Below, piece by piece: positions 24,901-36,700 of a stretch of DNA of 64,000 bases. The translations under genes and the position numbers were made by a program. The notes beneath the pieces were generated by a model that was not told the DNA's origin, searched no databases, and was given only the letters and a program-made list of their open reading frames with translations. Position 1 is the stretch's first letter; every line of letters begins with the position of its first letter. The stretch is from Antedon mediterranea. Its lineage: Eukaryota > Animalia > Echinodermata. The stretch spans positions 34,354,437-34,418,436 of the forward strand of contig NC_092672.1 of assembly GCF_964355755.1 (NCBI RefSeq), written 5' to 3'.

Positions 24901-27900
24901 TTTACAGACAAACCGGTACAATTCCAATCATATTCTTCCATATCTATAAGCATCCCAAGATAATTTGGAGTTTGCAATGATAACATTCTACTTCAAGGAC
25001 CACTTCATTGAGCTATATTTGGACTGTAAAAGGAAGAGCATGCTGATGGAATGGCCTTTAGCACTAACACTAAAGCCCTGTCTACACTATCAAACTAGTT
25101 TGACAAAAAAAGTGTGATATGCCCAAATATGGTAGATGGTAGTGATATGACATCATCATGTCCATATATGGGCACATCACATTTTGTTGTCACATAAAGT
25201 TTGATAGTGTAGACAGAGCTTAACTGAATATAGAAATCGATGAGCATGCCTCTGTCTTTTTGATGGTCCAAATTTATTTGCTATGATCCAATCTACACTT
25301 CAATACAATAAAATTCATTTCAATATGTGACCCATGACCGAATAAATATGCTTTCTTTCTCAAATTTATAAAACTAATATAACAAACAAATATCTATCTA
25401 TATATATATATATATATATATTTCTTGTAGTGGTTACGAAGTGTAGTATTACTTCAAAGCAGCATAGCAAGTTATATTGAAAAGAAAAAATTACCCAAGG
25501 ATCGAATAAAACCAAAGATTATCACTGCATCCAGTCTGAATAAATCCGCCAATGCGAAAAACACTACGATTAAAGGCGTGAACCTTACAACAAACGCAGT
25601 GCATAACAATACTGTCACGTACAACGGACAAGATGAAAAAACGGGAATTAAACCTGAAACTATAGTAGTCAACCATACGAAAGTAAAATCGGTTTGCACC
25701 GAGAACGGAACAAGTTGCACGGAATTGCCAAACGGCATATTAAGTGCTAATAATAAGCAAGGGATAAAAGAACACGAGAACGTGATTAAAAGAAGCGGTG
25801 ATATTTCTCCGAGCAGCTCAAGCGTAGCTTCCAAACAGACGAAACAATTATTCAATTTTAATGATACAAATAGGACTACAAGTGGGCTTAATTCAATTCA
25901 TTTGAATAAAGGAAACGTAAATTCTGTGAAAGTTTTCCATCCTACAAACAAATATGTACGTGTCAGCACCTTGCCAGTAGGAGCATGTAAGGACATCATA
26001 ACAAACAATAATTTGCCAAGTACAGCAACCATATCTGGTAAGTAACGGGGTTAAAGGTCACCTATATTTATCTTTATTATATAGTATTATATATCTTATT
26101 TATCACAAATCACTTAATTTCGATGATCCAAATATATCTGCTCTGATCAATCTTCACTTCATTTCTATAGAGTATCACGGTGCGTACGTCACGACGGTAG
26201 GTGGCGCTGCGTGGTTGCGTTCAGCCTGCTTAATAATTTTTAATAAAAACAAACTAAAATTTCAAAAGATCACTAAATATTTGTTTTTAATAAATCTATT
26301 TATTCTTCAACTACAGTTTAAGTTAAAAAAAATCAAGCTAAGATACATAATTTGATAGAAATACAGATCTTTACTGTTTATCAACATAGTAGCGTTGAAC
26401 GCAGTTTTTGGTTGGCTAGCAACTATGCAGTGCCCTCTATCATTGTGACGTCACACCGTGATACTCTATACATACAGTACAATAAAATTAATTTCAATAT
26501 GTGACCCTTGACCCAATAAATAATGGTACAAGATCCACAGTAGATGATGTCATCACACATATTTTATTTGTATATTATATAAGCTTTCCATAGGAACCGA
26601 TTAATACACTATGAATTTGGTACCCTGTGTGAACTTGGCTGGTTAATACAATTTGATAATCTGTAATGGGTAAATAACGAAAACCTGATAAGAAAATAAA
26701 AACAAATAAGAAAAACAATCAGATATTCATAATCAGATATGCCCACACATTGTGGTCAAATATTTACCAAAGTAGGTTAAGAGCAGAAACATGACAAAAT
26801 TTACTGTGTATGTGTTGTCTCTTGGGTAGAAACCATGAACTCAGAGGAAATCGTCATACTTTTAGGTCACAGACTAGAGCTAGTTGTGGAGCAGCTATGA
26901 GCGCTCACTAGCTAAACAGGGTGCCTGAAGCAATGCCCAGAGGAAAAAACAGGCATTCAAATAATGTCGAAAAAGGCTAAAAAAGCCCGGACAGAGTTGG
27001 AGGTTCCTAAACCAGGGGACCTTCTCAGGCCTTTATGTTACGCCACTGACTAAAGCATGTGTTCTTGATTATGATATCTAGAGTTAAACTGTACCAAATA
27101 TGGAGAGACAACTAAATATAACTACTGTTTTACCAAATAAATAGTGGTGCATACATTAATGATTTTCTTTCATTGTTCTGCTATACTGCTGTAGAATATT
27201 GCAAGTGACTTTATTGTCATTAGCAAATCAAATGTGCTGTCGAATGTCTTTGTTAAATGTTCTCTTAAACCATCTGGGATTTGAAACATGAGTAATTTGC
27301 ATACAGTATGTAGCATAACACATACAGACAAAGGATTTCATTACAGTACATGGTGTAAGGTGTAGATAATAGGTTTATTTACGCTACTGGGTCGTTGTGC
27401 AGCTGCAGTAGAAGGTCATCATTTCGGGGGACACCACTTTTATTGGTCAAGGTGTCCCCTTAATAGAGGTCCTACTGTAAACAACATTTTTAAAGATGTA
27501 TTGTCCCTTGAAACACAAAAAATGAAGGTCAAAATATTCTAAATTTAAATTGGCCATATCAAAGTTACATTAAAGTTATTCACTTTAAGTCGAAAATTCG
27601 AGCCAAAAACAACAAGTTTACGTAATTAACAGGTAAATTAATTGGATTACATTTCGTCTGGAAAATCAAGCGAAAGTAAACAAAGATTTTAAACCACGAG
27701 TATGCATTATGCATAATGCTAATTAGCACTGTTTACAACTCCTCACGGTTGTGAAGGTGTTCTCACACAGATCGCAAGAAAGTTTTATGATTATGCATAC
27801 AGAGTAGCCAAACAAGGCGGTTTCATTATGAGATATGTTTTGATCGAAAACTTTGACTGGAAGTCAAAGTTATTTGTTGAACAAAAAACCTCTGTATTTC

Positions 27901-30900
27901 GGTTAAATTATTTTTTTAAACTAATTTTAGGTGAAAGTTAATAACTATTTTAATACTTCAAAATGACCTACTTTTTTCCGAAATAATTATAATCCCACTT
28001 CTGGTCTAATCCCAATGAATCCCTACTGTATGTCTGATTTCACAAACATTTATATCCCTGGGTATAGTCCCAGTCTTTACTTTTTGTCTGGATGTACAGT
28101 AGGCCTAGCCAGTTCAGATGAGTTTTTACAAGAAATGCGGGTATAGTCCCATCCCCCAAAGTCAGCCCAATGTTGTGGTTTAGCAGGTGGGATTATACCA
28201 GAGAATATACAGCACTAGTACGAGACTTGTAAAAACAGAAGCCACACCCAAATTAAATTATTTATTTCCTTTTAAGCTTATCATCTATAGCATCTTATTT
28301 CCTTTTAAGCTTATCATCTATAGCATCTATGCCCATATATGGACAAGATATTTATTTTTTTTTTTTTTTATATGTGAACTTTATTCAATCAATCGTACAT
28401 TTGTTATAATGGTAACCACAATAAGGTATAATATTACAGTAGATTTTTACAAACAAAAAAAACAAGACCAATATAAATATAAATTATAAAATATATACAA
28501 TGATTATTTACAGTAATGATAAAAATAAAAATTAATTGTTTATATTGACTATTATTGGAAACAGAAGTTGAATAAATAAATATTGTCATATTTGGGCATA
28601 TCACTACTATATTACTGTTTTTGTTGAATAGTTTGATAGTGTAGACAGAGCTTTACATATAATTAACAAGATGTGATGTGTTTTATTTGACAGGCAAATC
28701 AAATGCAATAGGTACAACAATAACAAAGGTAACGCCGGCATCGCTGAGTTCATCGCCAGCTATCGTTAATCTGAATGCGTCGTTACAATCATGTATTGAT
28801 GGAAATACAGGTATATATCACTCAAACCACTTGTGGATTTTATATGACTAACAACAAAGAAATTTATAATATGGATAATTAACAGTCATTCCCAGAAATA
28901 TGTTCAATAATTTTATGGAACAAAAATGTTCTGAGATTCATGGAAAAAAGTAAATTTTTATATCTTGCAACTAAGGTATGGAATAATCTACCAAACAATA
29001 TGAAAAATTCAAATACAATTTATACCAATATCATTACAATTTATTTGTCTGTATCCACCAAATCAGTACTGTGATATTCACATAAAACAGTCATTCCAAG
29101 AAATATGTCGAATAATAATTTTATGGAACAAATTTGTTCTGAGATTTATGGAAAAAAGTTTTTTTTTTTTTTAATATCTTGCAACTTAAGGTATGGAATA
29201 ATCTACCAAACAATATAAAAAATTCAATTTCAATGTTTTTACACAATTTATACCAATACCATTTAATTTATTTGTCTGTATCCACCAAATCAGTACGGTG
29301 GTATTCATATAAAAGACAACTAACAACAATACATTTATTTAACAGTACTGACAGTATACCAACTTTTATTTTGTTTCTTGCAGAGGTTGAATTAAGTAAA
29401 CTAGATGACAAGTTGATTCAAATTTTAGCATTCCAAAGGTTACAGCAACTTCTACCCTCAAAGGTGTGTTAACCATTGTGTGTCTCTAGTGTGAAACCAT
29501 GCTTAACTATTTAATGCATTTTAAAGAAATTTTTACAGTTTAAAGTTTTTATAATACACATTATTTGTCATTTATGTAGAACTCTGACGCCAGTAAGAAA
29601 CCAACGACAAATACAGCTGCAGCTAGTACCGCAGATAGCACACCACCACCACCGGTCAAGATGACCATACCGGCACGAGCCACCATTGCTCCGGTCAACA
29701 ATAAAACTAAAGCTGTAGCCATGCGCTATAGGTCATTTAGTATTGGTTCAGGTAGGCTTTCACTAAGCTTGTATTTATGGTTGCATATGTTGAATTATTA
29801 TGAAAACGCATAATATAATATGTTATTATTTGCTATAGGGAGCATAGATAAAGTTTGGTTAGCTTATAGACAAAAATGAAGTGATGGATGTTACAGCAAT
29901 GTTAGGCCATAATTACTGTTACCACAGATATTAATAGCCCTATTAATTAAAAAGAATTAATATGATTTAAAGCCAATTACTGTGTTTTTATCAAAAATTA
30001 TATCTTTTATTATGTATATTTTTATACATTTTTAGAAATTCAACTTTTATAAATAGTTTCAGTTGATAGCATAACTGCAGTTGGTTGCCCTTCCAACGTC
30101 ATTTGATTGCATTCTGCACCTGTTGCGGTTATCATAAAAAAATGGTTTTTTTTTTCTTCTTACAGGAAGTGACATGGATTTATGTTTACCAAGCTTTGGC
30201 AATTGTAACTATATGTCTGCAAAACATGCCTGTATATTTTACGATGAGGTTTGTGTTTTAATACTATTCATAAATTACAAATCGTAACAATTTATTACTT
30301 TATTTAAACAGCCTACTACAACAGTATAGAGTATAGCATTCAAATATATTGAATTTTATGAGTCTTTTAAAATCCAATAAATGTTTATTGTCATTTTTTA
30401 TTTGTTATACAACATGAAAAAAAGTGTTGATGTTAGAATTTGGAGAATAAAAGGAAAAGAACAATTATTCTAAAAATAACTTAACTTGTATGAAAGTTAA
30501 TCTGTGTTCTTGATAATGTTCTGATGCTGTAGCTTGGTGGTTAACATGCTTGCCTTCCAATCCCATAGTCCAGATTTCAATCCTGACCTAGTGCCAGGGT
30601 TGTAACTCACGACTCTAATTCTCAAATGAGACTTGTATATTATTATTATTATATTATTATATTTAATTCATCCTGTAATTGGCGAGTTACTAGCTGTTAG
30701 ATGCGAAAGAAAAAATAAAAAATCTTAATCGATATTGGACGCATATGCAATTTTTTTAATAACTTTTATGAAAACAACAACAACCCAGTGTTGATCTGTG
30801 CCTCTGGATAAATAAAGTTGAACTTGAAAACATTAACATTACTTCTTTTCTTCGTTTTTTATAGTTAAGTCGACAATATGAACTACTTAATTATAGTGAT

Positions 30901-31260
30901 CATGGAACGATGGTGGATAACGTCCTCTATTCGTGTGATTTCACCGAGAAAGCAACAACCTCATCAGAAACAGACAATCTTTTACAGTTTAACACCGTTA
31001 AAAAGGAACAAAAACCAGATGAGAAAAAACAAATGTTTAACATTAACAGTTCTTTCGATAAAGTCTGTAACTGCAAGACTAGCAAGTCAACGTTCGTAGG
31101 GGGTAATGGTGCTGGCTGGGAAGGAACGGCAATTCTTCACCACGGGAGCTGTATTCAAATCGGATGTTTGAAATTTCTGTTCAGCGTTACTGAGGCGGGT
31201 ATGTTGTTGGACAAATCGGCCAATGAGAAGCAAAGTAGTTTTTTTCCGCTGCCTTCATGA
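18909..31260 (+). CDS. PHF12: PHD finger protein 12 (Sin3/HDAC complex subunit; two PHD fingers and a C-terminal FHA domain)
   Basis: Exons 18909-18956, 19615-19796, 21129-21201, 22187-22547, 22994-23099, 23624-23756, 24005-24166 (GC donor), 24620-24748, 25431-26037, 28694-28810, 29384-29463, 29580-29751, 30166-30248, 30865-31260. N-terminus [20 protein letters not shown]; PHD1 [24 protein letters not shown]; PHD2 [19 protein letters not shown]; [14 protein letters not shown]...[15 protein letters not shown]...[11 protein letters not shown]. Confidence 0.93.
19307..19545. mobile_element. MITE family A copy with six tandem 21-bp units
   Basis: ATCACTACCATATTTGGGCAC x6 at 19378-19503, between TIRs. 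Confidence 0.88.
20430..21115. repeat. Tandem duplications with TATTCATTATACCGTATACA units
   Basis: Three ~140-bp blocks plus 20-bp tandem units, interrupted by a ~230-bp insert. Confidence 0.8.
20797..20865 (+). pseudogene. tRNA-like cloverleaf (Asp-like; pseudogene or SINE head)
   Basis: Acceptor GCCCCAG/TTGGGGC, anticodon arm CTGC-ATATCAA-GCAG, T arm CCGAG-TTTGAGT-CTCGG, then a T5 run; TTC is mutated to TTT and the variable loop is too short. Confidence 0.5.
21953..22146 (+). mobile_element. tRNA-Gly(TCC)-like SINE; second copy at 30526-30705
   Basis: GCTGTAGCTTGGTGGTTAACATGCTTGCCTTCCAATCCCA...CAATCCTGACCTAGTGCCAGGGTTGTAACTCAC is shared by both copies; A box, GCCTTCCAA anticodon arm and a degenerate B box are present. 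Confidence 0.65.
24296..24454. mobile_element. Palindromic MITE (Harbinger-like)
   Basis: AGCCGATTTCCCACAAGGCGAATTTGTTCGCGCGAA pairs with TTCGCGCGAACAAATTCACCTAGTGGAAAATCGACT. Confidence 0.78.
25074..25220. mobile_element. MITE family A copy with TAA target duplication
   Basis: TAA-AGCCCTGTCTACACTATCAAACT...AGTTTGATAGTGTAGACAGAGCT-TAA. Confidence 0.88.
26166..26470. mobile_element. MITE with TIR TATAGAGTATCACGGTG
   Basis: Perfect 17-bp terminal inverted repeat that extends imperfectly inward (ACGTCAC/GTGACGT). Confidence 0.8.
28880..29312. repeat. ~205-bp tandem duplication of a degraded LINE 3' piece
   Basis: AACAGTCATTCC...GGTATGGAATAATCTACCAAACAATAT occurs twice (WNNLP motif). Confidence 0.7.
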
Positions 31261-33733
31261 GGGTTGAATAGGAACGCTGTTAATTTTGGCTGGATATATT
31301 GATTATGAATGGATTTCTAACTATTTAATGACAATACAGGGAAAGTTTCCCATCCAGAACTCAAATCTTACACCGTCTGTTTCTCCTCGATGAAGTTTTT
31401 CTGATGTCACTCCTTACAACCATGACATGTATTCATCAACTGAACATATATGTTTATCATATAAGCATGTTCACTCGTATTATTTTCATTTTCGTCTACA
31501 GTAAATTTAAAATTAAAAATGCGTAATATAGGTTGAAAAATATTTACCTTATTTTAACTTGATAATAAATGAATTGTCATCCTCATGTAGTATCCGTCCA
31601 CCAACAGATAAAAAATAATTTGAAAAATGTATAAGTTGGCCTGGTTTGGAAATATCGGGGAATTTTCAATTTTCGGTGACCTACGAACAAATTAAGTCAT
31701 TTTATTTTATTCAATCAAAAACCAACAGCGATAATTTCTGCCACTTTCAGGTAAAAGAGTGCGGACAGAACTTTGAACATAGTTCCCATCTACTTCACAT
31801 AGTTTTGGTGGTTTCTTTTACCAGTCGCCGACCATCAATAACTAGGTCACCGTTTTTTGCAAATCAAAAACTCCCTAATAGATGTTTGTAAATATTCCAG
31901 CCTTTTGAACTACAGCAGGGTTTTCCGATTTTTATTTTATTTATTTTTTATTGTATCCCTTAATTAAACCTTAGAGAATCTAGACATCAAATGTAGTAAT
32001 TTAAACACTTCAATTAGCCCAATGTAATTAAGAGTTAAGGTGTGTTATTTGGCATATACAAAATATCCTTGTTTTGAGAGAAGATGAATGATAAAACTGC
32101 TGGCAGTATTGTATTCATGATGGGCATTTAAAACATAAAGTGAAAAATGTGATGTGCCCATATGGACATGATGATGTCATGTCACTACCGTATTTGGGCA
32201 TATCACTACCATATTTTGGCACATGACACTTTTTTGTCGAACTAGTTTGATAGTGTAGAGAGAGCTGAAGAGATTTTATTATTAATATTGTTGTTATTGT
32301 TACACCTGTATATGAACTGTGTATAAGCCCATGCTCAAGTATAATAACCCCACCCCTCAATCTAGGCTAAGCACACAAGACTTTGGTAGATTCCATTGTT
32401 AATGTAATGCAACTTTAATCCAACCCTATCAATTTTTCCATACAATACTCTGTCATATATGTATGGTACAGTATTATTATTATTATTTTGATATATAAAG
32501 TATTAATTATTGGTAATTCAGAATTATTTTCATATCAACTTTTCTCCTTTCCAAACCTCGAATAAAGATTTTAATAATTTCATCCAAATATTAAAATTGT
32601 TTTTATATGACTACACTACAATGTTCAAAATATTGTTATCCCCTTCAAAAAATGCATAAATTACTTTAAATTTGTAATTTAACTGACAATCTAAAAGCTA
32701 TTGTATTATATTTATAATATTTATTGCTTTTTTCTTTTATGCTGTTTTGTTATTATGTCGTGTTTCAAAACTCCACTTCCATAATCTAAATTCTAGAGGG
32801 CAGCATTTCTACTCAAATATACTGTACATGTATATGGAATGTAAGGACTACAGTGTGCTACTTGAAGTAGCCTAGGCATTTAAAATCATTATTACAAATT
32901 TTATAAATTTGTAATTAAAAAAATGATAATTAAAATATTTGATTGCCAGCCTATCTATGTGTTGATTGTCTTTGTTTTTTTTTCTCTTAATAATTCGAGG
33001 ATTACAGGAGTACTGTACAACAATACATCCAGCACAAGTTCTTGTACTAGAATACATCTTCATTATTATTTTGTGTACGATTTTGAGAACATAGGAATTG
33101 TTTAAATGTTCATAATAAATATGTAGAAATCATTTATAAACAAAAGGTTTAGGCCTAAAGATAGTGTTTGATGTTTCTTTCGTATAAATACTTTGAATGA
33201 AACACCATAATTAAAGGTGTCTGACAGACGCAATTTGATTGCAATTTTTCATTCAGTCATACATATTTTATTCAGTTATTTATAATAACTGGGGTCTGCA
33301 CTTGAAGCAATACCTTGACTCATGAGAGCCCCTACAATACAAATATGCAAAATACATAAAAAGAAATACTGTATAAAACAGAAAAACAATAAAATAAGTC
33401 TGAAGAGCAGACAAACGTCTTTACTTAAAAACTAGATTTTCGTCAGGTCTAAAATTAATTATTGGTTTATTGTTAACATTCTTAGTGCTTTTGTTGTTTG
33501 CATTGACAAAATGGTGTTGTTAAAGGTTTGCCGTCCCGGGAAAGCTTAAGTAAGATTATGTCAATAAAGGTTTACAATGGGCCAGCGGGTGTCATTTCAA
33601 TTGGGGTTTGTACAGTGCGCAACCAAGTACAATACCTTAGTCACGTTCTGTCAAATGTATATAAACGTAAAGAAAATACCAGTTGGCCTCACTTTTAGTG
33701 TACTTTGTGGAACCTTCCGGTACTGCAGTTATC

Positions 33734-36700
33734 ATGGAGGGAGACGTGTCTGTTGTAGTAGGCTCTCCGCCTACGTTAGTTATCACCGATTCTTGCTTAG
33801 ACGACAATACACCAACATCTCTAAATGTATCAAAACCATTCGCGAACTCACAACGTAGACACAGTTCTGTAGATTTAAAAGCTTTATTTGGAATAAAGGA
33901 CACACAAACATTGACTGAAATTACGGATTGTAATGGGAACGGTGTTTCTGAAAATGATACCTTAGATTTTCTGGAACCTGCACCACGAGAACGACGACGA
34001 AGTTTTAGTGGATTTATACAGGAATTGTGTTCCCCAACTGAAGAAAATAAAAGATTAGATACAGAACCAGCTAAGGAACTACCTAAAGATACACCGTTTC
34101 TACACAAACAATATGAGTTTGAATCTATTGGCCCGCCGGACTCTACAAGCTTTCGTAGTTATAGAGACCGCAGCCAAAGTGTTGGAGAACTTACAAATCT
34201 TGGTGATCATATTGGCGGGAAGTTTAAACGTCTGTTCTCGAAGACGGAATCAGAACTTGACGTTACATCACCAGATCAAAATGGTCCTCCGGGTTTAATG
34301 AATCGTGGACAATCTTGTACTCTTCCGGCTGGACTTCGACGTCCAACTTATGAAGAGTCATGTGTTGATGACGACAGTAGCACACGGCGTTGGTCAGCCG
34401 TGCAGCCTGGTGCGTTGACATGGGGACGGCGCCGGGTCAGCCAGTTATTAGACTTTAATCTGAAATCGTTATTTACGCAAGAGAAGACCACAGATGGTGC
34501 CACAGAGAATTTACAGGAACAGGTTTGGGTTCAAGTCTTTGCTAGACAGTCAGGGGGGAAATGACAAAAAGCTTCCTACTTTTTAGGAGTTTTATCAGAT
34601 AATCTATATTGTTTGACAACTCGTGTAACATGACCATAGTGCTGATTTTGCCATCCCCCCTCCCCCCAAACTGTAGAATTAAACAGATAACGTTTTGGAA
34701 CGATAGTTATCTTATAGTCAGACGTCGCGCACGCGTCCCCAAAACAAGGAAAAACGTCTTTAAGTTTTATACACGGTCATAGATAGATTTAAAGTGTATA
34801 AGCCTTAAATAAACCAAGAATGTCGCATACTTTCGAATATAAATTCAACAGTCGATAATCATTGAATATTATAAACCTATTATAATTCAGATCAAATGGT
34901 CCTGCTTATTGAAATGATAGTGGTTTGAGGCCTTACGGAATTAAACGAGTTCCTCCATATTATACAAACAATTTAGGCCAACATTCAAATGTTGCATTCG
35001 ATTTAAAAACGATTTCATTTTATATAAAAGTCAAATATTTTGACTGAATCCATTAACGATTGCCATTCAATTTGTTCGCGGTTTGTTATTTTATTCACGC
35101 ACGTATTGTTTTCCTTTGTCCCGATTCAGTCAAGCTCATTCGACTTCTACTGAAAAACACGGATGACTCTCTATCGCAACTTAGTACGGTTCATTGCGGT
35201 TAATCTAGTTTTTATTGCTTTTTAATTTTTCTAGCAGTTCATACAATAATGAAAATCATATCATTTTACAACATTTGCGCGCCTACGCAGTTTTTTAAAA
35301 ATATTTATTTATCATCAAAGACAGTTAGTAGACATAGGGAAATCAAAGTCCACAAATACTTTGATAAACATGAACAGAAGAATGAATACGATTAAAATAA
35401 CTTGTAGTAAAGACAGTGTATTTTTTTAGGATAAATTAAATCTGCAGTATATTGTATTCGTTAATTTTCACAGTAGGCTTCCAATATTAATAGTACTTGT
35501 TTAAATGTTTTGTTTGTACGGTTTGTTATATTGAATTGCTTGAATGTAATAGTCTTCTCTGATTGGCCAATAGTACGTTCTTAAATTGACAGATGTTGAC
35601 ATACGTCACGCACTTGAGCTACCTCCAAAATTAAAAAAAGGATAATCATGAGTTGAAAAATTGAGCCCAAAAAGCAGCTAGTTTTAGTGTTTTATGTTAT
35701 GTTTTAAAGATACTTAGATTGTATCCAATATTATAGGGAGAATGATGGAGTGACAGGGTAGTATGCACATTTGTTTATTTAATATTATGAAGTTCAATGT
35801 TGAACAAAAGAAAGATAGCCAAGGCCTGGCCTCGTCCACATGGGCCAAAGGCAAATACTAAGTCCCCGTATCAGCGGCTGACTGATCCGGGCTAAGTGTT
35901 TTCTGTCAGTAGGCCTAGCTATGTAGAAAAAGTGGAACTTGTGTAGCATACGTTTAATTGAAAGAACTTAGGCAACAATACACTAATATTTTCTTAATTA
36001 ATTAGTTATAAAGACTAGGCTACCAGTAGTTTATTACCTCTACCGGTTTATTATTATTAATCTAATTTTGTTTTTTCCTCATTTGACACTACCACATTCA
36101 CAGACTACAGTTTTTAATTTTTCCTCTGTGTTAATTGACTGCACGGGTGATATATAAGCTAGAGTCATTAATCTTTTTGTGATATGTACTTTAGCTTAGG
36201 CCTATATTGTGCTTAAGATCAAGCTTTAAGTAAACAACTCTCTTTTATTTACTTTTGATGTACATGATTATGAATCAATTTTGTGTACTTAAGATAGTGG
36301 AGTGGTGTTTTGTCCGTCTAAGCAAATTGTGTTCCATACATGCGGCACACTTGTTGGTACCTCCTTTTCAGGTTAAATTATGGCTGAGACTGAGAAAGCA
36401 TCGTTTGACAATGACCAAATGAATGGTGGTGGTATTTCTGTGAGTAGTAATAGTAGCCTGGTTGGTACATGGATGTTATTTCAAGTCATACTGTTGAAAT
36501 AGTTGGCACTATTGCACTAAACATTCAGTGAACAAGTTATTGAACTTTGATATGGGATTGAACTAAATATTTGTGTGTGGGTTGCTATTGTAAACGGGCC
36601 AACCTCTCGTTGTATAGAATAGAGTCAATGTCTATGTTTAGCAAAAACCAGGTTAAATAGTTTAAAAACTTTAACAAATATGTATTGTTGCTTCAAATTT

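Noticed and set aside
33398-33426. CTGAAGA...AAACGTC as a hammerhead
   Set aside because: No GAAA core and no stem II.
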